A stretch of 64,000 nucleotides of DNA from assembly GCF_009914755.1 (NCBI RefSeq), contig NC_060933.1. One strand, 5' to 3'. A model generated the notes under the pieces. The model worked only from the letters and a program-made list of their open reading frames with translations, ran no database searches and was not told the origin of the DNA. Position 1 is the stretch's first letter, and every line of letters starts with the position of its first letter. Source of the DNA: the human T2T-CHM13v2.0 reference genome, Homo sapiens. This document shows positions 45,561-58,400 of this stretch, one piece after another. The translations under genes were made by a program, and so were the position numbers.

Positions 45561-48500
45561 TGCCAGAGTTTACCTCCTTTATCAGCAAAGGATGAAGGTA
45601 ACGTGTGGTTTTCAAAAAGAAATGGCTCTTGAATGGAGGAGGCTGTTTTCCTACCCTGGCTTGTTCTTCCAGGGAACCGTGCAGGTCTCACTCTGCAGCT
45701 GGCGCCTGGCAGGCTTCTGGTCGAACGGTAGGTCACAGATAGGTTCCGAATTCTGTGTTTCTGGTGAGCCATTTTTTCCTGTCGTGGAATTCGATTTGAT
45801 CCAGAGTGGCTGCCAGGAACGAGAGGTTTTTATTGACCACAAGTTGTTAATGGTCTGGAGGAGGTGTTTTCCTAGCCCCAGAGTTTCCTGGCTGTTAGCT
45901 GTGCTCACGTTGGAAAATTGGACCTGTCTTTCTTAATGAAGTCCAGCAGGATCAGCGATGCCTTCAGCTGCCCCAAGCATCTTTTCTTTTTTTTTTTCCT
46001 TAACAGTGTGAGGAGGAAGTTCGGTGAGTTGGCCTCAGAGTCCCAGCCACCTTTTGTCTCATTGCAAGTGGAAGAGAATTTCTATTTCTTTTGAAGTAAA
46101 AGTGATTTATCTCTGCTTTCCAGCGGGCTCTGCATAACGACACCTCCCATCTCAGTCGCTTGGCTGCTCTAGAAGGCTCTAAAAATGAGGGGCTGGCACT
46201 GTTGAGACATATTCCTCCAGCAGCCCCAATCTTCCCCTGGAAGGACAACTTCCGCTCATTCAAAGCCAATCTGTTCTGTGTTTAGAGTTATACCGAACAA
46301 GGATTCACCAAACTCTAAGAGAGTTCATTTAAACAGGGACTGGGGGTTTTTCCTGGGGTGTCTGCGGCCCCACAGAGGCCCCCTTTGTCCAAAGTGATGT
46401 GCCCTTGAGGGACAGAGGGAGATAGAGACTCTCAGGGCCAAGACACATGTGTCTCCTGCAGTGCAAGGCCAGTGTAACGGCTGGTGCTGTGCCCGCAGCC
46501 TCTCTGGGTATAGACGCGGAGCCTGAGTGTGTGGCTTTGGCCGTGTCAGCAGCCCCCTGCGCCTGCAGACCAGGCCCTCACTGCCTCCCAGCCCCTGAGT
46601 CTGGTTCTAGTGGGGCAGCCTTGCCATGCAGGGGAGGTGGGACACTGCTGTCCCTCACAGAGCCACGTACGGAGGAAGTGATGGGCATGGAGGGCATTCT
46701 GCCGGCAGGTCCCCCCAGCCTTGGACTTCCTTCCCTGCTGGTGACTTGGAGCCCCGTGTCCTCATCTGTAAAATGGGGCGATAGGGCCAACGCTGTCGGA
46801 TTTTGGGTTGGTGAGATCAAATCTGTGTTAGATGTGAGTACCTCCAAGGGCCGCAGGGAACCACCTTGTCCTGGGTCTTTGGCGGTGAGAGCTGCTTTCT
46901 GGCCCATTGTCAGTGGTCATCTGCCAGTGACAATGGGCCAGAGGTGGCCCATCGTCCACAGTGGCACTGTCATGAGCTGTCCCTTTTCTCAGCTTTTCTG
47001 GACTCCCCTTATGAATTAGATGCTGTGAGTCCTGCCATAAAGATGAGACCCCTGGGCCTTCAGGAGGATGGAGCCGCTGAGAAGTCCATGGGGAAAGAAC
47101 TGGCTGAGGGTCCCGCCAGCCCCAGCTAGGGCGAGTGCTCCGGGGCGCCTCCTGCCCGTACTTGCACCTGCCATCACAGCAGCCCCTCAGCAAGGTGTGG
47201 GTTCGCAGGCCCCTGTCCTCCTCCCCTGGCAGAGTGCCCCTGTGGAGCTGGCAGGAGATCCCCCTGGCATGGGCTGTGTCTCCTAGGATGGGGTGGGATG
47301 GCCAAGCCCTCTCATGCTGCCTGTTCCCAGGGCGAGTATGCTGGAGCTGCCTGGGACATTGTCCTGGGAAGTTCTCATCCCAAGTCTTGTCCCTTCTGGA
47401 TGTGCCGGTGCCCTGGGGCCAGCACTGGTGTCAGAGGAGGACTCAGGGCATTGCTCCCCAAGCCCCAGGTTTCCAGAGGTGCTGGGCAGGCCCAGGACCA
47501 CCGTGCAGGAAGGGGAAGGCAGAGGGGCTGGGCCCCCCCCAATGCAGGAAGGTCTTTTTATCCAGGGCATAGTCAGGAACGAGCTTTGTGTTTTCAGAAA
47601 CGTGGCCTCAGTGGCCAGGGTGAGCATGGGGCATCCTGCAGAAGGTGGGGATGTGTGAGTTATCTTCACAGGCAAGGAGAAGGCGGATGGGAGAGCAGCC
47701 AGGGCCCACCCCCACTGTGCCCTGGAAGAAGAGAGTCTTGCTGCCACTTCATAGCTTGGGAAGCCAGCACCAGGGAGGTTGAGTCACTTGCCTAAGGTCA
47801 CTCAGCAACATGACAGCAGATTGGGACCTCGGAAATCATGACACAACTGTCCCCAGCCTGGAAGGGATCCCGGGGACCAGTGGCAGGAGACTGGACTCAG
47901 GCTGGCCTGACAGCACTGTGGGCCCCCGCCTGGCATTCTGTTCTCCTAGCCCTCCCCGCACAGGCCCTGAGGACCCTGGAGTCCCCTGGCCCATGGGGTC
48001 TGTGAAACTCTGGAACCTTCCAGGAAGAGCCAGCATAAGCTGTTAGCAAGGGCAGAGGGCCCAAGAGTGTCCCTTCCGTGTGTGACAGGTGACCTGGACC
48101 CGCCTAGCCCCTGTCCCAGCACCTTCCCCAGCCTGTGGCGGGCAGCATGGGGCTACCTGGCTGCTGATCCGGAGGGCTCCATGCACCTCTCTAGAGTCTC
48201 ACCTCATCTATGGGCCCTGAGCTGGCCCAGTGAGCCACGTCAGGGAGGCTGGGAGGCGGGACTAAGAGGGGGCCTGGGGTGCCTCTGCCTTGAGGCCTGC
48301 CGTGGAAGGCCCCTCCTCTGTGGGTGAGCTATGACCAGGAGGGGGGCCGTGGAGGGGATGAGAACTGCCCCGGGGGACAGCCAGCCAGCGAGTTCTGGGC
48401 CAGGAGCCAAATGTGCTTTTAAGCTGTTGAAGGTTTCAAGGGGCAACAAGACCAAACAGACTATAAACTCCAGCTCTCCCTGCAAAACCCCTGGGTGCTG

Positions 48501-49884
48501 GCGGGAAAGTGATGGCGTCGGCTCCAAGCTCTAACGGTCCTCCATCTGTCTGCCTTCATTTCAGCCTTTGAAAAACACCGAGCGGTTTACCTAATCCCTG
48601 ATTCCCTTTTTCCAGGGGCCTGGCTTTTCCACTGACATGTTCTTTCTGGAATTTCACTCTCCCCGGGGCAGGAGTGGGGCCTGTGCTGAGTGGGCCTTTC
48701 TCAGCCATCCACGGAGGCACCCTGGGATTCCTGTGAGTGGGAACGTCCCCCAGGGCGTCAGGCCCTTCAGTGTTAGGGCCTCGAAGGGGAGAGCAAGGGC
48801 TTTGTTAGAGGCCCAGGTCCACGTTTGCTGTAACTTCCCAGGCTGGGGCCTTTGGAGGCTCTGGATCCTTCCAGAACTACCTTGTTGCTCACTGGCTTGC
48901 TGACGGCTGCCTGGGCTGCCTGTGGGACACAGCAGGTAGGACTCAGGCTTGGGTCTAGGGCAGCTCTGGAGCCCGCAGCCCATCACTGGGCAGCCGGGGA
49001 AGCCCCCGGGGAGGGAAGCGCAACCGTGAAGATGAGCAGACTTCCCGGCACGCAGGCGGGCGAGACTGGGTGCTGAGCTGTGTGCGGCTGGCGGCTCCGG
49101 GACGTGAGGGGATTCTGCTGAGGACCTTTCCTCCTGGTCGGGGGAGGGCTGCGGAGCTGGGAAAACCCACCTCGCCAGACCTTCCCTGGGCCCTGCTGCT
49201 CAGCCTCTGCTGGATGAGCTGCGTTCCCCTGTGAGAGGACTGGGGAAGTGTCCGGGGAGGGAGGGCTTTCCCCGCCTTGGAAGCTGCCCAGAGGGGCACA
49301 TTTTGGGGGCTGGCTGGGCCAACTCTGACTTCGGACATGAGATGGATGTGATGTGTGCACCTGGGCAGGGCAGGGCACTCCACCGCCTCGGGCAGCCCCA
49401 GGCACCCTGCTATGTCGTCTCTGTGCCTCCATCACTGGCCAGGCAGCATGGATAGGCCAGGTGTCCCTCTGCCAGGGCTTCTCGGAGGCAGTGTGTGCCT
49501 GCCCCTCCCGAGTCCTGGCCCAAGTCCCTGCTGCTGCCTGGCCAGTGCGCCTGCCATTGCGGCTCAGAGCAACTCCCGGGGGGGGGGCTCTGGTGCACCT
49601 GCACTGACACAGGACACTGTCACCCTTCTAGGTCCTCGGTCCAAGACCCGCATCTACCCAGCCCTGCTGTCTCCTTAGCATCCACTGGTGCTTTCTGTAG
49701 GATCCACCTCCGCTGTCTCAGGCCACCTGTGTGGCAGCCCAGACCCCACCCTGGCAGTGCTGAGGCAGCCCCTGGCAGCGGAACACCAGCAGGTGAAGGG
49801 CAGAGGCCCCTTGTCGTGTCTTCAGCTCTGCCTGCTTTGCTGAGACCTCCTCTTGCCCCTGGAAGGGACAAGGACATTGCACTC

Positions 49885-50330
49885 TGCATGATCTCCTGGG
49901 ACTGCTGCAACCAACTGTCACAGCCCGGTGGCAAACAGCAGAGATTTATCCTCTCCCAGCTCTGGGCCAGAATTCCAAGATCGAGGTGTGGGCGGGGCTG
50001 TGCTCCCTCTGAAGCTTCCAGCGGGGGACTCTGCCTGCCGCTTCCAGCCCCGGGTGGCCCCAGACACTCCTTGGCTTGTGGCCACGTCGCCCCAGCTTCT
50101 GCCTCCGTCTTTACACAGCCTCTCTCTTCCCCCTGTGTCTCTCTGTGTGACCCACAAGGACATTTGTCGTTGGATTTAGGGCCCATCCTAATCTAGGATG
50201 TTCCCATTTCCAGATCCTTCATTCCATCTGCAGTGATCTTATTTCTGGACAAGGTCACCTGTGGATCTAGATTCTGGGAGTTCCGACCTGGACCCATCCC
50301 TCGGGGCCATGATTCAGCCACTTCCCTACA
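49885..50330 (-). mobile_element. MaLR LTR (MLT1C-like)
   Basis: cagagatttatcctctcccagctctgg, gctgtgctccctctgaagc, ctccttggcttgtggcc, ggatttagggccca. Confidence 0.75.
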
Positions 50331-51596
50331 CCAGCGTGGAAAAGGGGTTTTTCGTCTCTTAAATTGCCACAGAGCACGTGTGCTTAAAAGTGAGCCTCTG
50401 GGCATGCATATTTGGGGCCTCTAGCTGAGGCTTCGGGGTGGGCTGCTGAGCTGTGCCTGGCTGAGGAGGGGTGGGGGGGGCTACTCCTGGCTAGCAGGCG
50501 GTTGGCCAAGCCCCGTGGGCATCTCCCTGGTGCAGTAGGCAGCTGCCTGGCTGGCTGGAGCCAGTGTGCAGTGTGGCATTGGGGTGCAGTTTGGTATTGG
50601 GGTGCATTCTCATTTGCAGTTCTGGTCTAGGGAGGCCTGAGTGGTGAGCGAGTGAGGCCTGGACTCCTTCCTGCTGCAGGTGGCTGGTGACCCGCCTGGT
50701 AGGTGCCAGTGACCCTGCTGGTGATCTCTGTGGCACCCAGCAAGGAGGGGGCCAGAGACCCCACAGGGTTGGGCAGGGCCTGCCTCTTCCCATGTGCTGT
50801 GGGGCCTGGCCCCTCCTGCTGCCTGGCCCGAGGTTTGGGCTTCAGGTTTGTTCCATGGAAAATGTGAGCCACAGACCCATCTCCCAGCCCAGACAGGAAT
50901 GATGTCATCTTGGGAGCCGGCCTTATCCAAAGATATCTTGCTGGGCTGACGGCGGATGTTCTGATCCACAGTTCCCAGAAGATGGCACTGAGGGTCTCTG
51001 GGAAGGGACGCATGATGCTGGAGGGTCTCTGGAGGGGAGTGCCCAGGGCAGGCAGGGCTGCGGTGGAGGGGGAGCAAAGGGGCAGGGCGTCCCCTGTGGG
51101 AGGGTCCAGTGGCTGGGGGAGCCGCCCACCTGAGCGGAGGAGCTGCCCTCACACGGCTGACGGGCGAGGGGGCCCACGAACGTGATGTCCTTCTTTAGCA
51201 CCGTGGCCAAGGGGGCATCTGAGGGAGCCGCAGTCAAGCCCCAGCCCTCCGCCCATCCTTCCCATGGCTTTGAGCCAGCCTGAACCTCAGTTTCCTCAGC
51301 TGGAAAGTGGGGATGTTAGGCTTGTGGTGCGGATGAAAGGAGGCAAAGCCGGTGCGGCCAGCCCCGTGCTCACTCAGCGTGGTGGCAGGTGCGCCGCTGT
51401 GTGCTGGCAGGCTCTCCTGCCCGCGCGAGACAGTGGCTGTTGTGATGATGATGATGGTAGTCATAGTGATTGTGCAGTATTTTCATAGCATCGCCGTCAG
51501 TGCCGTTAACCCTGTCTCATTGAAAGGGGTGTGAAGGGTCTACAAGCTCAGTGGGCAGGTAGGGGAGCCAGGACCTAAGCCTGCTCCCCATCGAGA

Positions 51597-52172
51597 CGCC
51601 CCGTCTGTTGGGTGCAGTGGTGGGGGAGGGGCCCCGTTTAGTGCAGTGGTGGGGGAGGAGCCCCATTTGTTGGGTGCAGTGGTGGGGCAGGGGCCCCATT
51701 TGTTGGGTGCAGTGGTGGGGGGGCCCCATTTGTTGGGTGCAGTGGTGGGGGGGCCCATTTGTTGGGTGCAGTGGTGGGGGAGGAGCCCCCGTCTGTTGGG
51801 TGCAGTGGTGGGGAAGGGGCCCCATTTAGTGCAGTGGTGGGGGAGGAGCCCTATTTGTTGGGTGCAGTGGTGGGGGAGGGGCCCCATCTGTGGGGTGCAG
51901 TGGTGGGGGAGGGGCCCCGTCTGTTGGGTGCAGTGGTGGGGGAGGGGACCCCCATCTGTTGGGTGCAGTGGTGGGGGAGGGGCCCCATTTAGTGCAGTGG
52001 TGGGGGAGGAGCCCTATTTGTTGGGTGCAGTGGTGGGGGAGGGGCCCCGTCTGTTGGGTGCAGTGGTGGGGGAGGGGCCCCGTCTGTTGGGTGCAGTGGT
52101 GGAGGAGGGGCCCCGTTTGTTGGGTGCAGTGGTGGAGAGGCCCGTTTGTTGGGTGCAGTGGTGGGGGAGGGG
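51597..52172 (+). repeat. G-rich minisatellite, 18 copies of ~33 bp (29-35) GGGGCCCCRTYTGTTGGGTGCAGTGGTGGGGGA
   Basis: 18 GTGCAGTGG cores counted. Confidence 0.95.
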
Positions 52173-53099
52173 ACCACTTGGGGGGGCAGCCACATGGGAA
52201 GCCGGGAAGGGAGCTCCCACAGCTGGTCTCTGTCTTCCACAGCTGGCCTCCGCCTCTGGGCATGAATTGTTCGGTCGGTGGTTTGGTGCCTGGAAGAAGC
52301 CCCTGTGGGCCTGCAGAGTCAGCTCGGAGGCCAGGTTGGCTCTGTTTCTCCCCCGTCTAAGGGAGGCTGCCTGGCTCTTCCCCAGACCCAAGCAGACGGT
52401 CCAGGTGGTCAGGCCGGTGACACCCCACTTGCAGGGCCTGGGTGCTGTCGTATAGACCGTGCGCCTGGGGTGTGGGGCTGTGTCTTGCCAGCCAGGTGTG
52501 CTAATGAGTGAGTCTTGATCCCAGAGCACATGGAAAATCTGTCTCAGAATCACTTTTCTGCCAGCACCCTCCAGTCTGTTTGAAGATCCAGCAGTTGGGA
52601 AGGGCTGCTCTGTTCTACCACTGCACCCCATGGTGCCCAAGCACTAGGCTGGATGGGGCACTGGGGGCTGGTGCAGTGGCCACCGCTTGTTCAGAAAACC
52701 CAAGGCTCCGAGATGGAGGTAAAGCCAGAGAGGTAAAGCCACCTGCCCACAGTCACACAGCTGGGAACAGTCAGGGCAGGACTTCAGCCCAGGCCTGGAT
52801 CTTTCTGGGTTAAGAGTTCCCATACTTAGGTGAAGAGGGGCACGGCTTGGGGTCCCGGATAGGAGGCTTCTGCCTGGGTCCTGTCTCCTTATTCTCATGA
52901 CCCCTTCTTGCATCTCCTGATCCAAATCCCCGCTCTTCAGTCACATCTCCTGTGTCCCCTTTCAGCGTCTCGTTCTCCAGCCCCATAGAGCCACTGCCTG
53001 GCCCTCCCCGCAAGTGGATGGCGCTGGGCCTGAGTCTCACACCCTGGACTCCTGGGCCTGTCTGTGAGTGCCTGACAGGAAGTGAACCCCCTTTACCCT

Positions 53100-53920
53100 G
53101 GCCCCCTTCCTGTCCCCACTCCTTCCCCCTCCTTCCTGTCCCCCTCCTTCCTTCCCCCCTTCTTCCTGCCCCCTTCTTCCTGGTCCCCTTCTTCCTTCCT
53201 CCCTCCTTCCTGTACCCCTCCTTCCTGCCTCCCTTCTTCCTATCCCCCTTCCTTCCTTCCCCCTCCTTCCTGTTCCCCCTCTTTCCTGTCCTCCTCCTTC
53301 CTGCCCATCTTCTTCCTTTCCCCCCTCCTTCCTGCCCCCTTCTTCCTTTCCCCCCTCCTTCCTGCCCCCTTCTTCCTTTCCCCCCTCCTTCCTGCCCCCT
53401 TCTTCTTATCCCCCTTCTTCCTTCCTCCCCCCTCCTTCCTGACTCTCTTCTTCCTGTTCCCCTCCTTCCCCCTTCTTCCTGTCCCCCCTCCTTCCTGTCC
53501 CCCTCCCTCCTGCCCCTCTTCTTCCTGTCCCCTCCTTCCTTCTTCCCTCCTTCCTGTCTCTCGTTATCCCTGTCCCTGTTCCTTCCTTCCCTACTCCTTC
53601 CTGTTCCCCCTCCTTCTTATTCTCCCTCCTTCTTGTCCCCCTCCTTCCTATTTCCCCTCCTGCCTTCCCTCCTCCTTCCTGTCCCCCTTTCTTCCTGCTC
53701 CTCTCCTTCTTGTCCCCCGTCCTTCCTGAGCCCCCTTTCTGTCCCCCCTCCTTTCTGCCTCACTTCTTCCTGTTGCCCCTCCTCCCCTCCCCCTTCCTTC
53801 TGTTCCCCCTCCTTCCTGTTCCCCCTCCTTCCTTACCCCTTCCTTCTGCCCTCCTCCATCCTGCCCCTGGCTTTTCTGCTTCCCTTTCTTCTTGCCCCCA
53901 TCTTTCCTGCCCCTTTCTGG
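53100..53920 (+). repeat. ~820-bp polypyrimidine tract with 15/30-bp periodicity
   Basis: Almost purine-free; exact 30-mer x3 at 53311-53400. Confidence 0.93.
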
Positions 53921-54674
53921 CCCTAGACCCTGGTGCTTCTCATGTTCAACCCTGAGTTGCTGCTTTTTGTTCAAATGGCCCCACCCTGTTCTCTGCTGGG
54001 GTTTCCTTGACCACGGGGACCAGGTCTCCCCTGGACGCCTTTTTCCAGGTGCCCCCAGCCCATACCCATCCTGGCTCTGTCCGCAAACCTGTCCTCCAGA
54101 AGGGCCTGTGGGTGACCAGGCTGCAGCCGGGGACTCCCAGCACTCCTGGAGCCCTGGACTCTCCAAACCAGGCGTGATTCCCGCTGTGCTCCACGGCCTC
54201 TCTCCAGAGCCCTGGCTGCCTGCCGTCCATGCCTCTGGGAGGCTGTGTGTTTGGAAATACGTTTTGGAGCTGAGAAGTGCAGGTTTTCCTGCGAGCTAGC
54301 CACGTGGCCTCACCCTGCCCTTCTCCTGTCTGATAGTGAGTTTTCCCCTAGAGGCAGTTTGAGCCACGCCACGTGGTCTTCTTAGCAGGATGCCTGAGCC
54401 CTACCCCACTGGCTTCATGCTGTCAGGGAGGCTGGGTCACAGGCCCATTTACTCACTGCAGGGTGTGATGGTGGGGAGCATGTGGAGCAGCCTGGCTCCT
54501 AACATAACCCCAGAGCGCTCCTCCCTCCCAGTCTGCCGCCACAGCAGGGCTGTGTGCGCTCCACAGAGAAGTGAGGGTCTTCCTGACGATGGTTGATTTG
54601 CAGAGACACCCGGGAGTTGCATCTGTCACTGTCCCATCACAGGTAAAGCCACCTTACTCTATTGGTTGACAGAA

Positions 54675-54900
54675 TGAAGACTCAGAAGATCTTTCAAGCT
54701 GGGACTATGTTCTCGAACTGAGAAAATGAAATTCAATCAGGATAAACGTGAGCTTCTGCACTTGGGTTCAAAACAATCAATTGTACAAGCGCAGGGCCAG
54801 GAGAAGCGGCAGTGAAGTGTTTTATATGAAAAAAACTTAGGGGTTTGTGGGTGTCAAACCCATTAACGATCATCAGTGTGGTGTGGCGGCCACAGGAATG
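54675..54900 (+). mobile_element. L3/CR1 LINE ORF2 (RT) remnant
   Basis: From 54726 reads MKFNQDKRELLHLGSK, resembling CR1/L3 MKFNRDKCKVLHLG; followed by an EKxLG-like gaaaaaaacttagggg. Confidence 0.7.
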
Positions 54901-55424
54901 CACGCTGTCACAGGTGGCGTTAGGGACAGAGGGCAGGGTGATCTCAGGTCTGGAAACTGTGCTGAACAGAAGCTGAATAGAAAGAACTGGGGTCTGAACC
55001 CGGGACAGAGAAGGTGGGTGGAGTGGAGAGTGGGTGGCCCCAGTGTGGGGTCTTGTCCAGAGGAGAGGGGATGAGACCACAGCAGACTGAGACCAGTGAT
55101 GGGATGTGAACCTTGTAGCAGCCACCTTCTCCTCCTCCAGGCCCAGCTCTGAGCAACCTTCTCCGTGACGCTCTCCTTGACCTCCCAGGCAAAGTCTGTT
55201 GCTTCTGTGCTGCCTCCCAAGTCTTCTCCCTTGAGACTTACAGTCAGAGACCCAGATTTTTTTCATCTTTATGTCCCTAAGACTTATCAGAGAGATGCAA
55301 AAAATACTGGTTGAATGAACAAAAGAATGAACAATCAGAGCTGGTTGCCTTCCTGCAGGCCTTCATGCTACAGAGGCATGTTCGGGAAAGGCTGGTGAGC
55401 CTTTCTCAGGGATCCAGGACTGTT

Positions 55425-58400
55425 GATGATGGTGGTGGTGGTGGCGGAGGAGGTGGTGGTAGTGATGATGGTCATAATGATGCTGATGGTGGTGATATTA
55501 ATGGTGAGTATGATGATGATGATAACAGTGGTGTGGTGGTAATGGTCATGATGGTAGTGATGGTGGTGGTGGTAGTGGTGGTGGTGAAGGTGATGGTGAT
55601 GTTTATGGTGGTGGATATGCTGATGATGGTGATGGTGGTTGTGGAGAGGTGGTGATGGTCATGGTGAATGTTATGATGGTGATGATGATGGTGTTGGTGG
55701 TGATGATAATGGTAGTGGTGATGGGTATACTGCTGATGGTGATGCTGGTGATGGTGGTGATGCTGGTGATGGTGGTGACGGAGGTAGTGGTGGTTGTGAC
55801 GATCTGGTAGTGTGGTGATTCTATGGTTTTGGTGGTCGTGGTGGTGGTGGAGGTGATGCTGGTGGTGGTGATAGTGAAGAGGATGGTTGTAGTGATGATG
55901 GTGATAGTGGTGGTAGAGGTGATGGTGGTTATGGTGATCCTGATGGAAGTGGTGATGGAGGTGATGGTGATGGTGATGCTGGTGATGATGATGCTGGTGA
56001 TGGAGGTGATGGTCATGGTGGTGGTGATGCTGGTAGTGTGATGGTTCTGTGGTTTGGTGGTGGTGGTAATGCTGGTGATGGTAGTCATAGAGGTGATGGT
56101 GGTGGTGGTGATGGTGGTGGTGGAGGTGATGATGGTGGTGGTGATACTTGTGGAGGTGGTGGTGAAGGTGATGGTGGTGATGATGGTGGTGGTGGTGATG
56201 CTGGTGAAGATGGTGATGGTGATGGTGGTGATGGTGGTGGTGATGCTGGTGATGGTAGTCATAGAGGTGATGGTGGTGGTGGTGATGGTGGTGGTGGAGG
56301 TGATGGTGGTGATGGTGTTGCTTGTGGAGGTGGTGGTGAAGGTAATGGTGGTGATGGTGGTGGTGGTGGTGGTGATGCTGGTGATGGTAGTTGTAGAGGT
56401 GATGGTGGTGGTGATGGTGGTGGTGGAGGTGATGATGCTGGTGGTGATACTTGTGGAGGTGGTGGTGAAGGTGATGGTGGCGATGATGGTGGTGGTGGTG
56501 ATGGTGGTGATGGTGGTGGTGGTGGTGATGCTGGTGATGGTAGTCGTAGAGGTGATGGTGTTGGTGGAGGTGATGGTGGTGATGGTGATGCTTGTGGAGG
56601 TGGTGGTGAAGGTGATGGTGGTGATGGTGGTGATGGTGGTGGTGGTGGTGATGCTGGTGATGGTAGTCGTAGAGGTGATGGTGGTGGTGGAGGTGATGGT
56701 GGTGATGGTGATGCTTGTGGAGGTGGTGGTGAAGGTGATGGTGGTGATGATGGTGGTGGCGGTGGTGGTGGTGATGCTGGTGAAGGTGGTGATGGTGGTG
56801 ATGGTGGTGGTGGTGATGCTGGTGATGGTAGTCCTAGAGGTGATGGTGGTGGTGGAGGTGATGGTGGTGATGGTGATGCTTGTGGAGGTGGTGGTGAAGG
56901 TGATGGTGGTGATGCTGGTGAAGGTGGTGATGGTGGTGATGGTGGTGGTGGTGGTGATGCTGGTGATGGTAGTCATAGAGGTGATGGTGGTGGTGGTGAT
57001 GGTGGTGGTGGAGGTGATGGTGGTGATGGTGATGCTTGTGGAGGTGGTGGTGAAGGTGATGGTGGTGATGGTGGTGGTGGTGATGTTGGTGGAGGTGGTG
57101 ATGGAGGTGATTGTGATGGTGTGATGCTGGTGAAGGTGGTGGTGGAGGTTAAGGTGGTGAAGGTGGTGATGCTGATGAAGGTGGTGGTGGAGGTGATGTG
57201 GTGGTGATAGTGATTTTGGTGAAGGTGGTGGTGGAGGTGATTGTGATGGTGTGATGCTGATGAAGGTGGTGGTGGAGGTGATGGTGGTGGTGGTGGTGGA
57301 GGCGATGATAGTGGTGGTGGTGGTGATGCTGGTGAAGGTGGTAGTGGAGGTGATGGTAGTGGTGGTGATGCTGGTGGAGGTGGTGATGGAGGTGATTGTG
57401 ATGGTGTGATGCTGGTGAAGGTGGTGGTGGAGGTGATTGTGGTGGTGGTGGTGGTGGTGGAGGCGATGATGGTGGTGGTGGTGATGCTGGTGAAGGTGGT
57501 AGTGGAGGTGATGGTAGTGCTGGTGATGCTGGTGAAGGTGGTGGTGGAGGTGATTGTGGTGGTGATGGTGATTCTTGAAGGGTGGCCTGCCCCACCACAC
57601 CTGTGGGTGTTTCTCGTTGGGTGGGACGAGAGACTGAGAAAAGAAAGAGACACAGAGACAAAGTATAGAGAAAGAAAAATGGGCCCAGGGGACCAGCGCT
57701 CAGCATACGGAGGACCCCTGCCAGCACCAGTCTCTGAGTTCCCTCAGTATTTATTGATCATTATCTCTACCATCTCAGAGAGGGGGATGTGGCAGGACAA
57801 TAGGGTAATAGTGGGGAGAGGGTCAGCAGGAAAACGTGAACAAATGTCTCTGTATCATAAGTTTAGAAAAGGTGCTGTGCTTTGATGTGCACATACATAA
57901 ACGTATCTGGTGCATTAAAGAGCAGTATGCCGCCAGCATGTCTCACCTCCAGCCCTAAGGCGGTTTTCCTCTATCTCAGTAGATGGGATATACAATCCGG
58001 TTTTACACCAAGACATTCTATTGCCCAGGGACGAGCAGGAGACAGATGCCTTCCTCTTATCTCAACTGCAAAGAGGCCTTCCTCTTTTACTAATCCTCCT
58101 CAGCACAGACCCTTCATGGGTGTCAGTCTGGGGGATGGTCAAGTCTTTCCCTTCCTATGAGGCCATATTTCAGACTATCACACGGGGAGGAACTTTGGAC
58201 AATACCTGGCCTTCCTAGGCAGAGGTCCCCGCGGCCTTCTGCAGTGTTTTGTGTCCCTAGGTACTTGAGATTAAGGAGTGGTGATGACTTTTAACAAGCA
58301 TGATGCTGCCTTCAAGCATTTGTTTAACAAAGCACATCCTGCATAGCCCTAAATCCATTAAACCTTGAGTCGACACAGCACATGTCTCTGCGACCACAGG

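Noticed and set aside
51597-52172. Regular ~33-bp repeats resembling a CRISPR array (also 19595-20138)
   Set aside because: No unique spacers, no cas genes, and human context; these are minisatellites.
55603-57600. 665-aa Thr/His ORF and 389-aa Gly-rich ORF that might suggest mucin or collagen
   Set aside because: Products of the TGG triplet array; no Gly-X-Y/Pro pattern and no splice signals.
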